Shown: piece by piece, positions 41,291 through 55,150 of the stretch
How positions within the stretch are numbered: the first letter of the stretch is position 1
How the letters are laid out: each line of letters starts with the position of its first letter
DNA from: the human T2T-CHM13v2.0 reference genome, Homo sapiens
Assembly: GCF_009914755.1 (NCBI RefSeq)
Contig: NC_060930.1
Reading direction: 5' to 3' (one strand)
Length of the DNA stretch: 64,000 nucleotides
Translations under genes and position numbers: made by a program
Notes under the pieces: model-generated
The model's database searches: none
Told to the model about the DNA's origin: nothing
What the model saw: the letters and a program-made list of their open reading frames with translations, nothing else

Positions 41291-44200
41291 TATTAATTAT
41301 TAAAATGTTCCCTCAATATGCAGCAAAATTCTTTTGCTGTTGGGTCCTCTCCTCATTGCTGGCAGACTCTGTTATCACTTTTCACCCACATCACTTCCAG
41401 TGTCAACTCCTGTCCATTCCTTTCTATTGTGCTGCTGCCCTGAGCTGCTGGCTGTGAGTTGTGGAAACCCAAAGAGCAAGCTAGTCACTAATTATGTTAA
41501 ATAATGCTGAATAATGGCAGTAAGATTCTTCCCTTAGGCCCTAAGGCCATACTTTAGTGCTGAGGTTTTGCAACAACTGCTACTGTGCTCAGAGGTGGTG
41601 CCTCACATCTAGTGTCAGGTCTGTGTTGTAATGAACCGGAATTGCCAGGAACTTGTACTTTGGATGAATGATGTGTCAAGTGCATTAAGAATCTTGAAAT
41701 GCATCCTATATAGACTACTTACTAAAATTCCACAATCTTGCATTCTCATAGCTTGAAAGAAATATGCAAAATGCAGATACTACCACACCCTCATTTCAGA
41801 GCTGACTTTATCAGGAAACATACTGAGATCTCAAAGACAAGGGGATGTGGCGTTGAAACAGGAACATGAGAGCCGATGGATACTGCCCTTTGCTTTGCTG
41901 TAAGGGCCAGTGGCCTTGAGGCCCCAGGCACAGTCACCCACATCTGTGGCAAGCATCATGGTGGCATTTCCAGGTGAGTAGGAGAGAGTGAGAAATAAGT
42001 CAGAGAAGAAATCCAAGTCTTAGGTGACTGTCAGTCATGAAGAGAACACTGGCAAGAGTTCTTCATAACAGGAACTCAGTTACAGGCTTCGCAGGGGTTT
42101 GAAGAAAAACGGGACCTTCTGTAAGCCCAAAGGAAGTATATGGCAACTGGCCCATGTCTTAAAGCTCCAGAGGAGCAGGCTGGAGTTCCAGCTGATAATT
42201 GGAGTGGCTGAAGGGAAACTCTGGGAAGGCCCAGATTTCAAAGTGGATCAACGGGAAATAAGTAGAGAATACAATCACTCAAGGGGTACATGATGTTTGG
42301 ATTTCTCCCTTCTATGAGAGAGACACCATGTATATCAGGAACAAAGATCAACTGCAGCCATCACCAACAGGTGGGGTTTAGGAGCCCGATTTGCTTTTTG
42401 TGAGGGACCTGGTAAGTCTGAGCCTGAAGATCATGAACACATATGCCAACTTCCCTTGTGAGAAATTAGGAAATTCTAGAGAAGTCAAGAAGTGACAAAC
42501 ACTTCATTGTTTTGAGCATTTGTGGTGCCACGAATTGGAATGTACCATCACATGATTTAGCCAAAAGTCTGTTTAAAAGTCAACTATTTGCCACTCAAGA
42601 CTCTTCTGGCCCGAGACAAGAAATTCTTGGGAGAAAGTGGACAGAAATGTACATGTGATAGACAGGAAATGAACTGATCGGAATAAGTGTGAGGAGTGGA
42701 GAAGAAAATTCTATGGAAAATGTGAAATTGTATGGGGAGAGGATGCAGAAAATATGGATTGAGAAACTGTGAGAGCCAAGCCTTCAAACCAGTATGTTCT
42801 TTTGGGGATATTTCAAAGCCTAGAGCCATTTCTACTCCCTCCCTCCCTTTGCTTCCAATGCCATTGATTTATCTGCTTGCTTTCCATTTCAATACTTGCC
42901 ACTGTCCACTGCAAAAAAATAATTTTTTTGTACCTCTCTTCTGGTATCAAAGCAATTTGAAAGGGTTCTATTGTTCATATAGTTTTTGATGCTGTTGTCA
43001 AAGATATCAGTACAAATAATAGAGAGAACCAGTAAGGTAATACATATTTTCTTCTTTCCCTTCTCCCCATCATTGTATATTCCACAGTTCTTTCACATAT
43101 TCTGTGAATAATATACTCTGCCAAGCTTTGAGATTTAAAAAAAGGAAACGTGGTTATAGTGTCCTCTTGGAGCTTACAGTCAGGACAGAGACATGAACAG
43201 GAAGAAAATCTTGTCCTTAGAGGGAGTGGAGCAGTAGAGAGAAGAGGAAAGAATTGAGCAGGATGTGGTCTCAGGTAGTCCTAACCACTTAAGAAATTAT
43301 AGCTTAGAGTTTTAGTAACCTGCCTAAGGTCACATAGTTAATAAAGAGTAAAGTTAATGTTAGGTATTGATGAATTAAAAATTCATACACTTTCTATACC
43401 AACTTTTTTTCTGCAGAGAATAGACCTAAGAGACTCAAGATTTTATACTTACTCAACTATGTTGATGATGAAGGGCCATTCTAATGAGGATGTCCTTGAC
43501 TTTAGAGTTTGAGCTAAACTTGGAGTTTGATAGAGGTTATATTCATTAGCTTTGAGGACAAAACAAAAGAAACAACAACAAAAAATACTTGAGGTTATTA
43601 GCTAGTTTTCAGAATTTTAGATAATTGTTTTTATATGATCATGTATTCATGCACATAATATTTTCTTCACTGGTATCTATTACAAGCGAGAAGATATTTC
43701 AGAGGGGGTTTACATTAATACACGGCTTGTGTCATCAGGAAATGAAAGAATTGAGGAACCCCTTAACCCTGGAAATTTACAGGCCACTATTTAAACTATA
43801 GTAGAGTCATTTTGCTTAATCTTTTGCATAATTATTTTGATTCCTAACACTTCACTGTTGAAAGGGCATAGAATGGGAAAGCTAAAGTATGCCTGGGCTA
43901 TAAAGCTTTAGAAATCTCTCCTTTAGATAATTTTAAATAGATCTAATTCACCTTCTGTATTCATCCAAAGTGAATAACTGTAGAGGCAGTGAAAGTATTT
44001 ATTCATCAACATTTGGACCCAAACCATGCTAACAACAAGCCGCTTCACAATACAGTCCTCTTATCATGTAGTGGTTAAGTTGACACTTGGAGCTGCTGTT
44101 GTGTAGCTATGTAAATTAGGCATGATCCTCTGCTTTGGTTTTCTTGCCTATAAAATAGGAGCATAGTATTCCGTGTAGAGTCCTTGCACAAGTGCTGGGC

Positions 44201-44552
44201 ATGGAATATGAACTCAAAAATGCTAAGTATCATGATTGCTTTGAACTTCACGCTAGCTGTTTTTCCATTGCAGTTCAAAATGCAAGTCTCTCCAAACCTC
44301 TCTACTTTCTTAATATTCTGTCAACAAATCATTGTAATCTTCCCCCTACTAACATTCTCCCACTGTTGCCCATTGCCCCCATCCTATTCCCTTTGCTCTT
44401 TGAAACTTCGGTTTCAATTGTAAACAAACACTTGTAAACCTTTAATATTTCCCCTGACAATTTTTCTACCTCAATTTCTTGTCTTAATTGAAATTTAGAT
44501 TTACTCTAATGGGAATGCTTTCTGTTCAGCCATTCAAAGGAGATGAGAGTTT

Positions 44553-44588
44553 TGTGTGTGTGTGTGTGTGTGTGTTTGTGTGCGTGTG
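44553..44588. repeat. (TG)11 microsatellite with imperfect extension
   Basis: Direct reading. Confidence 0.95.
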
Positions 44589-44959
44589 CACCTCATGATC
44601 AAAAGACAAAATATGAATAAAGAATTGGAGAGTTTTCAGCATTCTTCTTATTCTGCATTACTCTTCTTTCACCTTACCTAAAAACTTTTTTTAAAACAAT
44701 TATGTCATCTGGCTGGACCGCTATGCATATATCCTAATTCTTAGCATATTCTGGTCTTTTCCCTAAGTTCACCAATTAGTTTGAAAGGAGAAAGTGGGCA
44801 GTGGAAGCAGAAGGCACAGTCTTCCTTCTCCTCCCCTCCATAGGGCTGAGGTTTACAGTGTGTGGACCTTTAGGGATGCTGAAAGAGGAAGCGATACTTC
44901 CTTCCAAAGTGAGAAAATTGGCTGAGAAATAGGAAGAGATCAGTTCATGAATGGACTTC

Positions 44960-46510
44960 TTAAGCAAAGAAATTTGAACTTTATCCTAAAAGCTACAGGA
45001 ACCTACTCAAGGATTTTGAGTACCAGAGAGAATAATCAGATTTGAATTTCCGATCACTGTAGCTGCATTTTGAAAGCTTTTGCTAGACATGACATAAGGC
45101 TATATCCAACCAGATTAGGTAAAGGAAGGATTTAAAACATATTATGGAAGTAGATTAACTGGGACTTGGGGAATGTTTAGGGTAATAGTGGGAGGGGAGC
45201 CTGAAGAGGCCTCCAGGCTTCTGTTTTGGCAACTAGGTAAATTTGGATACTATTCTATATTGTCATAATTAGAATTCCTAATGTATGAGGTTATCTTAAA
45301 GATTAAATGACTTAATACGTTTAAAGTCCCGTAAACCATTGCTGATATGAACTCTTTTATTTGCAGAGGCACTGACTGTAGAAATGAGTTTAAGTACAAT
45401 GTGAAGGAGGAGAGGAGAGGTGACTAACGATCATTAGTTTAGTTTTAAAGTTGAGTTAGGAGTGGGTCCACTGTAGGACATCCATTTAGAGATACAGAAC
45501 TCAGCACTCAACACAATACTTTAGCTTGCAGCTATGAACTGAAGGGTCTTAAGTACAGTGAAAGTCATGAATTTTAAGTCATTAAATTTATTCAAATGTA
45601 ACTTCTGTAAATAGAGTGCAATGATGATCGAATCAAAAAACAAATCCCTGAGCAAGTCTGTTTTAGGAAAGAGGCAGAGACAGAGAGGGGAGCCTAGGAA
45701 TGATGAAACTTGGTAGACAGAAATTCAGGGGACATCCACAGACATTAAAAGAGTTGAAAAAAGGAGGGAATGTCAGCACTGTAAAATGTTGCCAAAAGTT
45801 CATTCAATATAATAAGTGAAGTTCAATTAGAATAAGCACTGAAATATGGATTAAGTCATAAAGAGGATGTTGGTTAATGTGTCTAGGGATATTTCCATAA
45901 AGTAGTAAGAGTTGATTCCTGACTTACAGGTGTGACATCTGCAGAAATGAAGAAATGAGAGAATGAGACCTCTTTTTCCAAAGTTTGGTTGGGAGAGGAA
46001 TGAGACAGAGATGAATGTACCGAGAGTGAAATGTAACCTTCTTATTAATTATCATTAGGTGGATGTACTGGAGTATACTTATATATGGAGGAGCAAGAGA
46101 GAGGACAGTGAGGGGATCCAGGCATGGAGGAGAGGAGGGAAATAACTGACTTAGCAAGGTATCTCAAAAGTGGGGCATGCTGGGATCAGAGGAAATGGGT
46201 TACATTAGACAGGAAGAATGCATCCTTCCTGTCACAGGAGGGAAGGTGGAAAGATAGGCACAGGCAGTGATAGGAAAGTGTTTCTAAGGGACAAAATTGA
46301 GGTAATTTCTCCCTGAAGGGCTCAGTGAAGTGGGAGTCAGAGTCATTTACTGAGAGACAGAGGAAAAGAGGTTGTGTTGGAAGTTTAAAGGGAAATCTAA
46401 AAGTTTGAAATAAAAGCAGAATAAAAGAGCTGTCTAGGTCTATGTAAGAAGGTGTGGGGACCACCCCAAGGCCCTACCTGAGATTAGAAATCATGAATTC
46501 CTGGTGGCTT
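44960..46510 (-). mobile_element. L2 LINE, long decayed segment
   Basis: AATTTGAACTTTATCCTAAAAGC...ATCAGATTTG; GAGGCCTCCAGGCTTCTGTTTTGGCAACT; CTGAGATTAGAAATCATGAATT. Confidence 0.7.
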
Positions 46511-47966
46511 GTTTTCACAAGGCTGGTTGTTACTCCGTAAGAATCTTCTCACTGCAAACGTCCCATGATCGTTGCTCAGATGTCTTGCCTAGATGCTGAT
46601 CTCTGCACTTCTCCATTTCACCTTCAGCACTCCCTTTGACTGATCCCAGACTCACAGATCTGAACTCTTCTTCAACACTGCTTCAAAGTGGGACTCCAGA
46701 CCCCTTATCTGGCCATTTTCACAGACCCTGCCTGCTCGGTCCTTGGGCTAACATTGCAGAACCTGACTTCTGATGCACCTGACATTCTGACAACTGCAGG
46801 AAAGCTTTTACTTGGTAGCCAGGCTTCCAATTTTAATCTTACTTGAAGATCTGGATTTGAAAGAACAACCGCTTTATGAGCAAGTGATTACCAAACCTGA
46901 TTTGGTGGAAGCCCAGCTTGTCTCTAGATATCCTCAGGGAACTTGTTGAAATTATTTTTTGCCAAGACAATGTAAAATTCACTTTAACATATATACCTTG
47001 GGCAAAGGGATGGGAAATTAAAAACCAATAGGGAACTCAGCTTCTAATAAAACTGACCCTCTTTTTGGTAATAGAACATTGTGAATTACTTATTGAGATA
47101 TTCTCCACCCCTACAAATATTAAGTAGTGCAGCGATTACAGCAGAGACAGCATACTTTAAGAATGAAGATGTTACTGAGTTCTGCAGAGCTAATTACACA
47201 TAAGGTCTGTTTCTTAACCTGCAGTTGCCAGGGTTTGCAGCAACTAGTAAGGCCAAACTGATTTGGCAGCTGGGGCTTGGGGAGCACGGGTAGGGGATGG
47301 GAGTCTGCAGAGTTCTCCATTTAGTAGAGTGCCACATTGCCGAAGAGCGACTCTCCTCTCACATTACCTCCTGGAGGCTGGACTGGATGTTCTCCTTGAA
47401 GAGAAAAAAAAGTAAATTGGAACCCCAACAGAATTATTAAGAATGTTCAGGTTGTCTATAAGAAGGAAACACTGATGCCTTGGTCTTCATGTTGATATTT
47501 ACTTAGCAGGACCTGCAGGGTCTGCCGAGGTACTGTCTGAATGTTGGGGTGGGGAACACTGGGAAGGTACTTAGGGGGCATCAGGGATTACCCCTGGGGC
47601 TCCCAGTGCTGGAGGTGGATGTGAGGTGAGTACTGCCATGTGGGCCCTGAATCAGGTCCCAGAGTGTGGATAAGATCCAGAGTTGCAGAATTGCAGTGGA
47701 AAAGAAAGGCTCACACATGAGAGGAATACTGTGTGAGAGCCCCACAGGGCCGCCAACTCTAGATGTGGCTGAGGGTCAGAAGGGACCGCCTGTGCTTAGG
47801 AAGGTTGCATGAATTACCCCAGCAGCAGAATAGCTTGAGATCTCCATCCACCCACAACTAGTCGATACATAATAAGTGAAATTAGCAGAACAGATCAATA
47901 GAGGGCACAGAAGCTTTGTGATCATCAATTATATCAACAGTGGAGATTTCTCTTGTTTTATCCATC

Positions 47967-48010
47967 TGTATTATTCAGGATTCTCCAGAGAAACAGAGCA
48001 AATAAACCAT

Positions 48011-48055
<45 letters not shown>

Positions 48056-48566
48056 GTGTGTGTAATGTATATACAAATAAATATAAATCTATATATACAT
48101 GTATATACACAGAGGTATATATGTATGTATATCTCTATATAAGAGATTTATTATAAGGAATTGCCTCGTGGTTATAGAGGCTGACAAGTCAAGACCCAGA
48201 GAGCCAATGGTAGAGTTCCAGTTCCAGTACAAATGTCCAAAGGCCTGAGAAGCAGGAGAGCTGATGGTATAAATTCCAGCCTGAGTTTAAGTCCAAAGGC
48301 AGGAGAAGACCGATGTCCCAACTTCAAGATAGTCATGAAGAGAAAGTGAATTCTCCCTTTCTCAGCCTTTTGGTTCTAATCAGGCATTCAGTGGATTGGA
48401 TGAGGTCCACTCACATTGGAGAGGGCAATCTACTTTATTCAGTCTTCTGACTCAAATGTTAATCTCATCCAGAGACACTCTCACAGACACACCTACAAAT
48501 CATGCCTAACCAAATATCTGGGCACTTCATGGCCAGTCAAGTTGACACATAAAATTAATCATTGCA
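47967..48566 (-). mobile_element. MLT2 (MLT2B/C-like, ERVL) solo LTR
   Basis: TGTATTATTCAGGATTCTCCAGAGAAACAGA...CCAGTCAAGTTGACACATAAAATTAATCATTGCA; perfect TSD CCATC (47962-47966 / 48567-48571). Confidence 0.92.
48014..48053. repeat. Perfect (GT)20 microsatellite followed by a TA-rich tract, inside MLT2
   Basis: Direct reading. Confidence 0.95.
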
Positions 48567-48684
48567 CCATCCCAATATGAGACATTTAAAAATAAACAGG
48601 ATTTCTCTTTATAATTAGGTTGAAACTTTATATAGCTGTCAATGACTAAAAACGCATTTAATCAGGCCAAAATGTTAAGGGAGC

Positions 48685-48816
48685 CATGCAATATTTGGGA
48701 CACACTTATACTAAAATATTAATATTAATATACTAATATAAAGTATTAATAAATAATATTATTTATCTGAAATCCAAATTTCAGTAGGCATCCTCTATCT
48801 TATCTGGCAAACCTAC
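48685..48816. mobile_element. MER53 half element
   Basis: CATGCAATATTTGGGACACACTTATACTAAAA...TTTATCTGAAATCCAAATTT...TATCTGGCAAACCTA. Confidence 0.8.
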
Positions 48817-49799
48817 TACCTTCCCCTATACCAGAATAAGTAATAATTTCAGTTAGGAAATTGGAGAGACATAATTGATTTCATTCTTTTGACACACTAT
48901 ATATGAAAAATACCATTTCATTTGCTGCAATGGAAAATGCCTTGGGAATAGCAACCAGTAAAACATGTTAGTGTGTTGACATTTGAAAAGAAAGTTATAG
49001 GATTCTTTAACTCTCTACCTCTAAGCCACTCACAGAATTCCAAGGGACCTGATACCCACATTTCTAGTTCAGAGGAAAATTATAGAATTCAACTTCTGGC
49101 TTCCTCTAACCCTGAACAAATGGTTTCAGCTTGTAAAAACCATGGAGTTTTAGAGCTGTAAGTGATATTAGAGATCTTCATTTGATTAAAACCATTCTTG
49201 TACTTTTAAATGAAAAGTTACTGGTTTTAAAGAAGTGAAGTTATTTGGATGATCTTTCAGTTCTGCTGCCTGACATTCAATAAAGCAGAACATCTAAGTC
49301 TTACTATCAAACAGCTATCACTGTGCTGTCAAGTACAACTTTTTAAACCTGTCAAACAGTCATTAGTCTTCCCTTCTTAAAACATCTAACTTTGAAGCTG
49401 TCTAACCTTTTCCTGAGAAAATTCAAGCATAAGTTCATTTCAAGAAAAATTTCCTAGATGGATAATTTCTTCCTCTAAAAATACTTCTGAGAAACTACAG
49501 TTGGAACCATTTTAATTATTACATTTCTAGGAAAAACTAGTTGTGAATCTTGCTGATTAGAATGCCTCTATGTTTTTTAGTTATATCCCCCAAATAACTG
49601 TTTAAAATTGTAATTATCATCTTTCTCTCTCATAAGGGATCAAGAGCATAAAACTTGTTTGGTTTTATCATGATCCATAAAAGTGTCAGCTCTATATCAC
49701 TTCATGAATTAATAAATGTCCAAAGTACCAGTAAGTTTAAAACTCATGAGACCAATGGGCTTTGTTGGCATCTTTTCACTTCATAGTTAATACCCTCAT

Positions 49800-50060
49800 A
49801 CTGTGATATATGGTTCTTGATGCAGAGGAAAAGGGAGTTAATGGTAGAACCATGCAATGGGTCTTAAAGTTTCTGCTGGATACAGCACATATCACTTCCA
49901 CTCGCATGCTATTGCCCAAAGCCACAGCTAACTTCAGTAAGCTTGGAAGTACACCCCTTTCATGGGGAAAGCCACCGAGGAGGGCCCTGGATAGGTGAGC
50001 CCAATAGAGAAGTACAGTGAAGATTTTGAAAAAAAAAAAAAAAATTATACTATTTCACAT
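49800..50060 (-). mobile_element. MLT1-family LTR fragment
   Basis: GGTCTTAAAGTTTCTGCT...ACATATCACTTCCACTCGCATGCTATTGCCCAAAGC. Confidence 0.55.
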
Positions 50061-53000
50061 AGAACACTAAAGCCCATAGCACTTAAGAACCTAAACCACA
50101 TGACCAACTTCACAAGTTGATTATTAACAAAGCCATGGTTGGAACATAGCCTCCTAATTATCTTTTCATAGATATTCTGTGTTTTTGTACTTGGCCTCCT
50201 TTTATGGATATATGCCCATGTGTTCCTAAATGCAATGCCTTCTCAAGTTTCTATCTTAGAGCCCCTACCTCATCTTTTGTTCAGAAAGAAACTGAGTCAA
50301 ATATTTCATCACTTTAAGGGTACTAATATTCCAATTCATAGACCAGTAAAGGTAATGAGGTACACAAATCTATTTTTTTTTTTTTTTGCCATACAACCTG
50401 ATTTCCCACTGTAGTTTTTTCAAAAACCGAAAATATCATCACAGGGAGTGAAAACAGCCTCTTGCCAAACTGCGATCTCTTCTTGGAAAACCTAATGATT
50501 ACTTCCTGTCTTTGGTGCCTCATCAAACCCTTAAAGTCCTGGAAGTTTCATCTTACTCTTTTTTTATTTCAATGTAGATAATACTGAAAAATAAAAACTC
50601 AAAAAAAAAGCAATAAGATAAACCAAGATTAAATCAGGTAAAATAGGTTGATGTATGAAAGATAATAACTGATTTTGAAATATGGAGATCCTCTGTTTAA
50701 AAAAAAATCTGTTTACAGCTAAAGTGATTGTGGATTTTGGCAAAATGTTTAATTGGAGCAAGACATCTTAGTTGCATTTAGTCTATTCCCTAAGCCTCAC
50801 TATGAGATTCCACAGAAATCACCTGCTGAAAAAGAGCACACCGTGCTGAAGCTCCAAATAGAAGGTACTTTTAATCTGCGTGTGAGGGCAAAGATATAGC
50901 CGTGATCCTTGTACCCTGAGTACCCTTCAAAACTGAGCATCTCTTAAGATGGTGGATACTTCTTGGGTGAAGGCTAGAAATAAGAAAAGTTAGAGTAGTT
51001 GAAATGTCGTTTTTATAAAAGGTGCTCTTTGCTCTTCTGTGAATATCATTGAATGGCTAAGAAATGATCCACAATGCCTTAAGTAACTTTCTTTTGCAGC
51101 CCAAAGGAAGCCCAGCTGTGAATAGCAGAGCACATCTACCTCTCTTGTTCTTTTAGCCGTGCATGACCAAGGGTGATGATAAATGACATCCCTGGGGTAT
51201 GATGAAATGGAACAAAAGGCAATGGAATATATGAGGCCTGCTCTGTTTGTGTCAGAGGCTCTGTCTAAATCAAAAGTGGTGCAGAGCATCAAATAGCCTG
51301 TCAAGGGTCTGGCAGCATGGCTTCTCAAATCTATGCCAGTTAAGGTTTCCAGAGCTCCCAAATGGATTTCATTATCTTGGGAAAGAGGTGTGAAAGCAGA
51401 AAGTCTGGGCCACTGAGAGGGAACCATGCTACAGTGAGTAAAAGAGAATGTTAATAATCACTTCAGTGAACCAAGCAGCTGCAATATGACTGCACACCAT
51501 CACTACAGTTCCGGGTGTTGTTTATGGGAAAACATAATAAATGACTGCTTATGGACACCCACAGATATATTGAACATTTTGAGGTTAACATTGGCTAAGT
51601 TCTAAATGCCATCCTTGTAAGTAGCTTTTTCAAGTGGAAACAACTATTTTTCAAGGCAAGCCATAAAAACATGTGAAACCAACAGCATATTTATATGCTC
51701 TTATAATATAGAAGCGGTCAATCTGATTGAACCTAAATTTTATTTTTACAAATAAAATGTATTTTTGAATTATGATTTATATCATATGAAACATTTTATG
51801 TGACAGTGAGCTGGCCCAGAACCCTACTAAAAATATCTGTTTTCAGGGATTCATGTTTATAATTTATTTCTTATATTCGCTTCTTTATGCTTAGTTCTTT
51901 AAAAGAAGATAATTTGCTTTGAAAGTATTTCAGTATTGGAGGAATCCATGGGTAGCAGCAAAGAGAATCCAAAGGGTTAAATTTCTCTAACATATATTTG
52001 ATATTTGGAATTTTACAATTGCAGAATACTTTGATGGATTCTGTTTTATTTGTCACAGAAAAATGTCATGTAAACCTCCTATAGATAAAAGTCAGTTATA
52101 GTTTTTTTGGAAAACAAACATTTTTATGGTTAAAAATTGCCTTAGGGTAGAAGAGTAAAAGGTATTCTCTCAGTTTTGACCAGAAAAACTTTTAATGCAT
52201 AACAGCACTCTGCACTTAATAGGCCTTCTCGATTTTTTAAAAAAGAATTGATCAAGAAGACTTATCAGACAAAATGATCTAGATAAAAGATCCCAAATGC
52301 CATTACTACTGGTGTCTGAATCACAGAGTGAAAGCACTGACCTTCTGCTGCAGGTGCTATTTTTTAAGTCTCCATTGAGTTTCAGTTTGAAGGACAAAAT
52401 TATCATAGAGATAGGAAGGATAATATTGTACTCATTTACACTAGAGGAAAGAGAAGAAATTTAAGTTGCTCTGATCAAGCTCTATGCATAAGGCTGTGTC
52501 AATAGACACAACATGAGGTAGATCCAGTTGAATGCTAATCCTTCCACTTTAAAAAGGTTACAAGTATGTTAGCTTCACGGCTTCCATTAAAGCCAATGGG
52601 AGTTGTACCATTACCATGCTTTGGAAAGAATGCCCTCTAATGCTATTGATTTTGATCTTTTGAACTCAAGCTCTGATACCTGTGTTCGTTGACAACTACT
52701 CTGCCTATTGCGTACACAATTCTGTGCTACTGAAGTACTGGATTAGCAAGTCAGCTCCTTTTTTCAAATTAATCAGCTTGTCTGAGACAAATGTTTTTAT
52801 CTTAATACTCTTAGAAATGCCACATATCAAGCTTATTTCCCATAGTTAGAGCATATAGTTCAAAAGTGCCACTGATGGGTTTTGTGGAAGTAAATGAAAG
52901 GCCCAGCCCAGGAAGAGGAGGCCATTGTGATATGGTCAGATTTTTACTGTAGGAAGTGCATTGTGTCTGAAGAGTGCCTTATATGATTAGGAAATGTGTA

Positions 53001-54384
53001 CCAGCAGGGCAAGACATGAAACCAAGAGACTAGTAAGAAGTCTGCTGAACATATCCAGGCTGTAGAAAATGCAAATAATGGACTAGGGTATAAACAACAA
53101 ATATGTAGGAAAAATGAAGAAATTCCAGTGATTCCTGGGTTGTAGAATTTACATGAGCCAGGCTTCTTAAGCAAATGAGTGAGAAGGGTGTCATTAGCAA
53201 TCATCCACTGGGAATTTGTGGGCTATATAGCAAACTGGAGAGCCTAACCAATGTCCAGTAACTTAGGTCCAACCATTTATTTCCAAGCTGTCAGTCTTTT
53301 TCTTTTCTTTTTTAAGTGTACACTTGGATATTGATGTTAATCTCCCCAATTTTTAGATATTATAATCATTGTGTAGGCATCACAGGACATATCTGAAGGC
53401 TAAATCTGTCCATTAGCTACCCTTTCGGGCTCCCTACATTTTTCCCTAGCACATGATTAGGACTCAATAAATCTAAATGTATGTTGGATGGATTAATGAA
53501 TAAATTAATGAAGGGAATATAGTGGCCTTAAGGTTTTACATGGCCTCAATTGGTTTGTAATTTTAAACAGAGCTTCTATCAGTCCAGTCCATGCTTCCTA
53601 CTAACTGCATTTGAGAGAAAAATTCCTATTTGTAAGTGTGAAGACTAACTCATCTTATAGCATTTTTTACATGAAAGTCCCATTTGTATTTTGTATTTAA
53701 AATTTTTTATTCGGGTTCATTTATCCAGTTTTTTATTTGGAACAAGTATAAACGATGATTATTTAATAGCTAGTTCTTTTGAAAATAACTTTCCTTTATA
53801 ATCTGTTATAAATCATGTTTGGAAGGACTTTGAGAATTGAAACAAAGGCATAGGTAAAATGAGTGTCGTGCATCAGAAATAAATGCAAATTGTGGATGGG
53901 GGGACAAAAAAAGAGATGGAAAGACAAAATACTTGAAGGGGAAAGAAACGAAAAAGCTAAGGAAAAGACCAGCAACTATGAACGTGAATACTTGGTTTTA
54001 TTTTACTTTTTTCTTTTGTTCTTTGTTCTACTTTTAACTTTCTACTTTGGAAACTCAGGAATTGTTGATCCAGATTTCTTTTTCTAATGTATGCATTTGA
54101 GGTCAAACAGTATACTTGTATGTTCTTCTTTACCTTTCTCACCCACATTCTGGAATGTAGAACTTTCGTTTTCCACAAGTAGCATGAGAACAAACCCCCT
54201 TGCATCCCCACTATGTCCACCATGACCTTATCTGCAATAATTGTTTGCTGCTGAAGATATTTGATCTAAAACCTGGCCACCTAAACAGAATCTCCAAATA
54301 CCATCACATCTCATTAAAAGATCTCACCTAATGACAAAAAACACAGTCATAAGAGCACATGAAGATTACACAGCCTCATGCTTT

Positions 54385-54600
54385 GCAACCAGAATTTATA
54401 GAGCATTTATAATATGTGCTACATTATTTCACTTGCATAATTCAATTAGCACAACAAAGCTGTTAGGAGATATTATCCCCATTATACAGAAGAAGAGAAA
54501 AAAACATAAAAACAAAATGAGTAGCCCAAAGCCATACAGCTTTTATTCACAAGATCTTATAACTTCATGCATCCTAGTATTTTCCCTGTTCCCTGCTACT
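54385..54600 (-). mobile_element. MIR fragment
   Basis: CACAACAAAGCTGTTAGGAGATATTATCCCCATTATACAGAAG. Confidence 0.55.
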
Positions 54601-55033
54601 GAAAATGATTCTGTATGGTAACATGCCATGTCTGTTTTTAAAGTAAAATCATCAAAGTATATATATTCTCATATTTCTACTGTCATTTGAAATGGTTTTG
54701 TTGATATTCAGCTTTGATACTAATATAGTATTCCTTAAATTCCTGCATTTCTATTTTCATCATATACATTTAGTTAACAAGTTTCAGTTCTCTTTGGAAA
54801 AATAAATCAAGAATTACTTGCTTCACCTATCAGGAGCCCATGTAATTAAAATTAAGGAATTACTTCCTTAATTTAACTCTTTTTCTTTGTCTATATGTCA
54901 GTTCAAAATGATTAAAGTTACAAAATAGTAGAACATTTGATTAACTAAGCTGCCTCAGAATTTACTATTCCTCATGGAGCTGCTCCACAAATTAGAGTTT
55001 TTGCAGTTCAGTTTGCCTTCTGTTATATGTAAA

Positions 55034-55150
55034 TAGGGTGACCATATAATTTATTACCCAAACTGATACACTGAGAGTTAAAGGGACAAGAAAGTGGGAA
55101 ATAGGGCTAACCAGACTGTCCCGGGAAAACCCAGATGTGTAGTCACCCTA
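55034..55150 (+). mobile_element. MER94-like hAT MITE
   Basis: Perfect terminal inverted repeats TAGGGTGAC / GTCACCCTA; CATATAATTTAT...GACTGTCCCGGG. Confidence 0.85.

Noticed and set aside
41900-42480. Strong donor-like sites (CAG|GTGAGT ~41973, CTG|GTAAGT ~42411) as exon ends
   Set aside because: No convincing paired acceptor or linked promoter; isolated donors are expected by chance, as at ~47626 and ~63088
47280-47860. G-rich stretch as a CpG island or promoter
   Set aside because: Few CpGs; likely an unidentified old repeat
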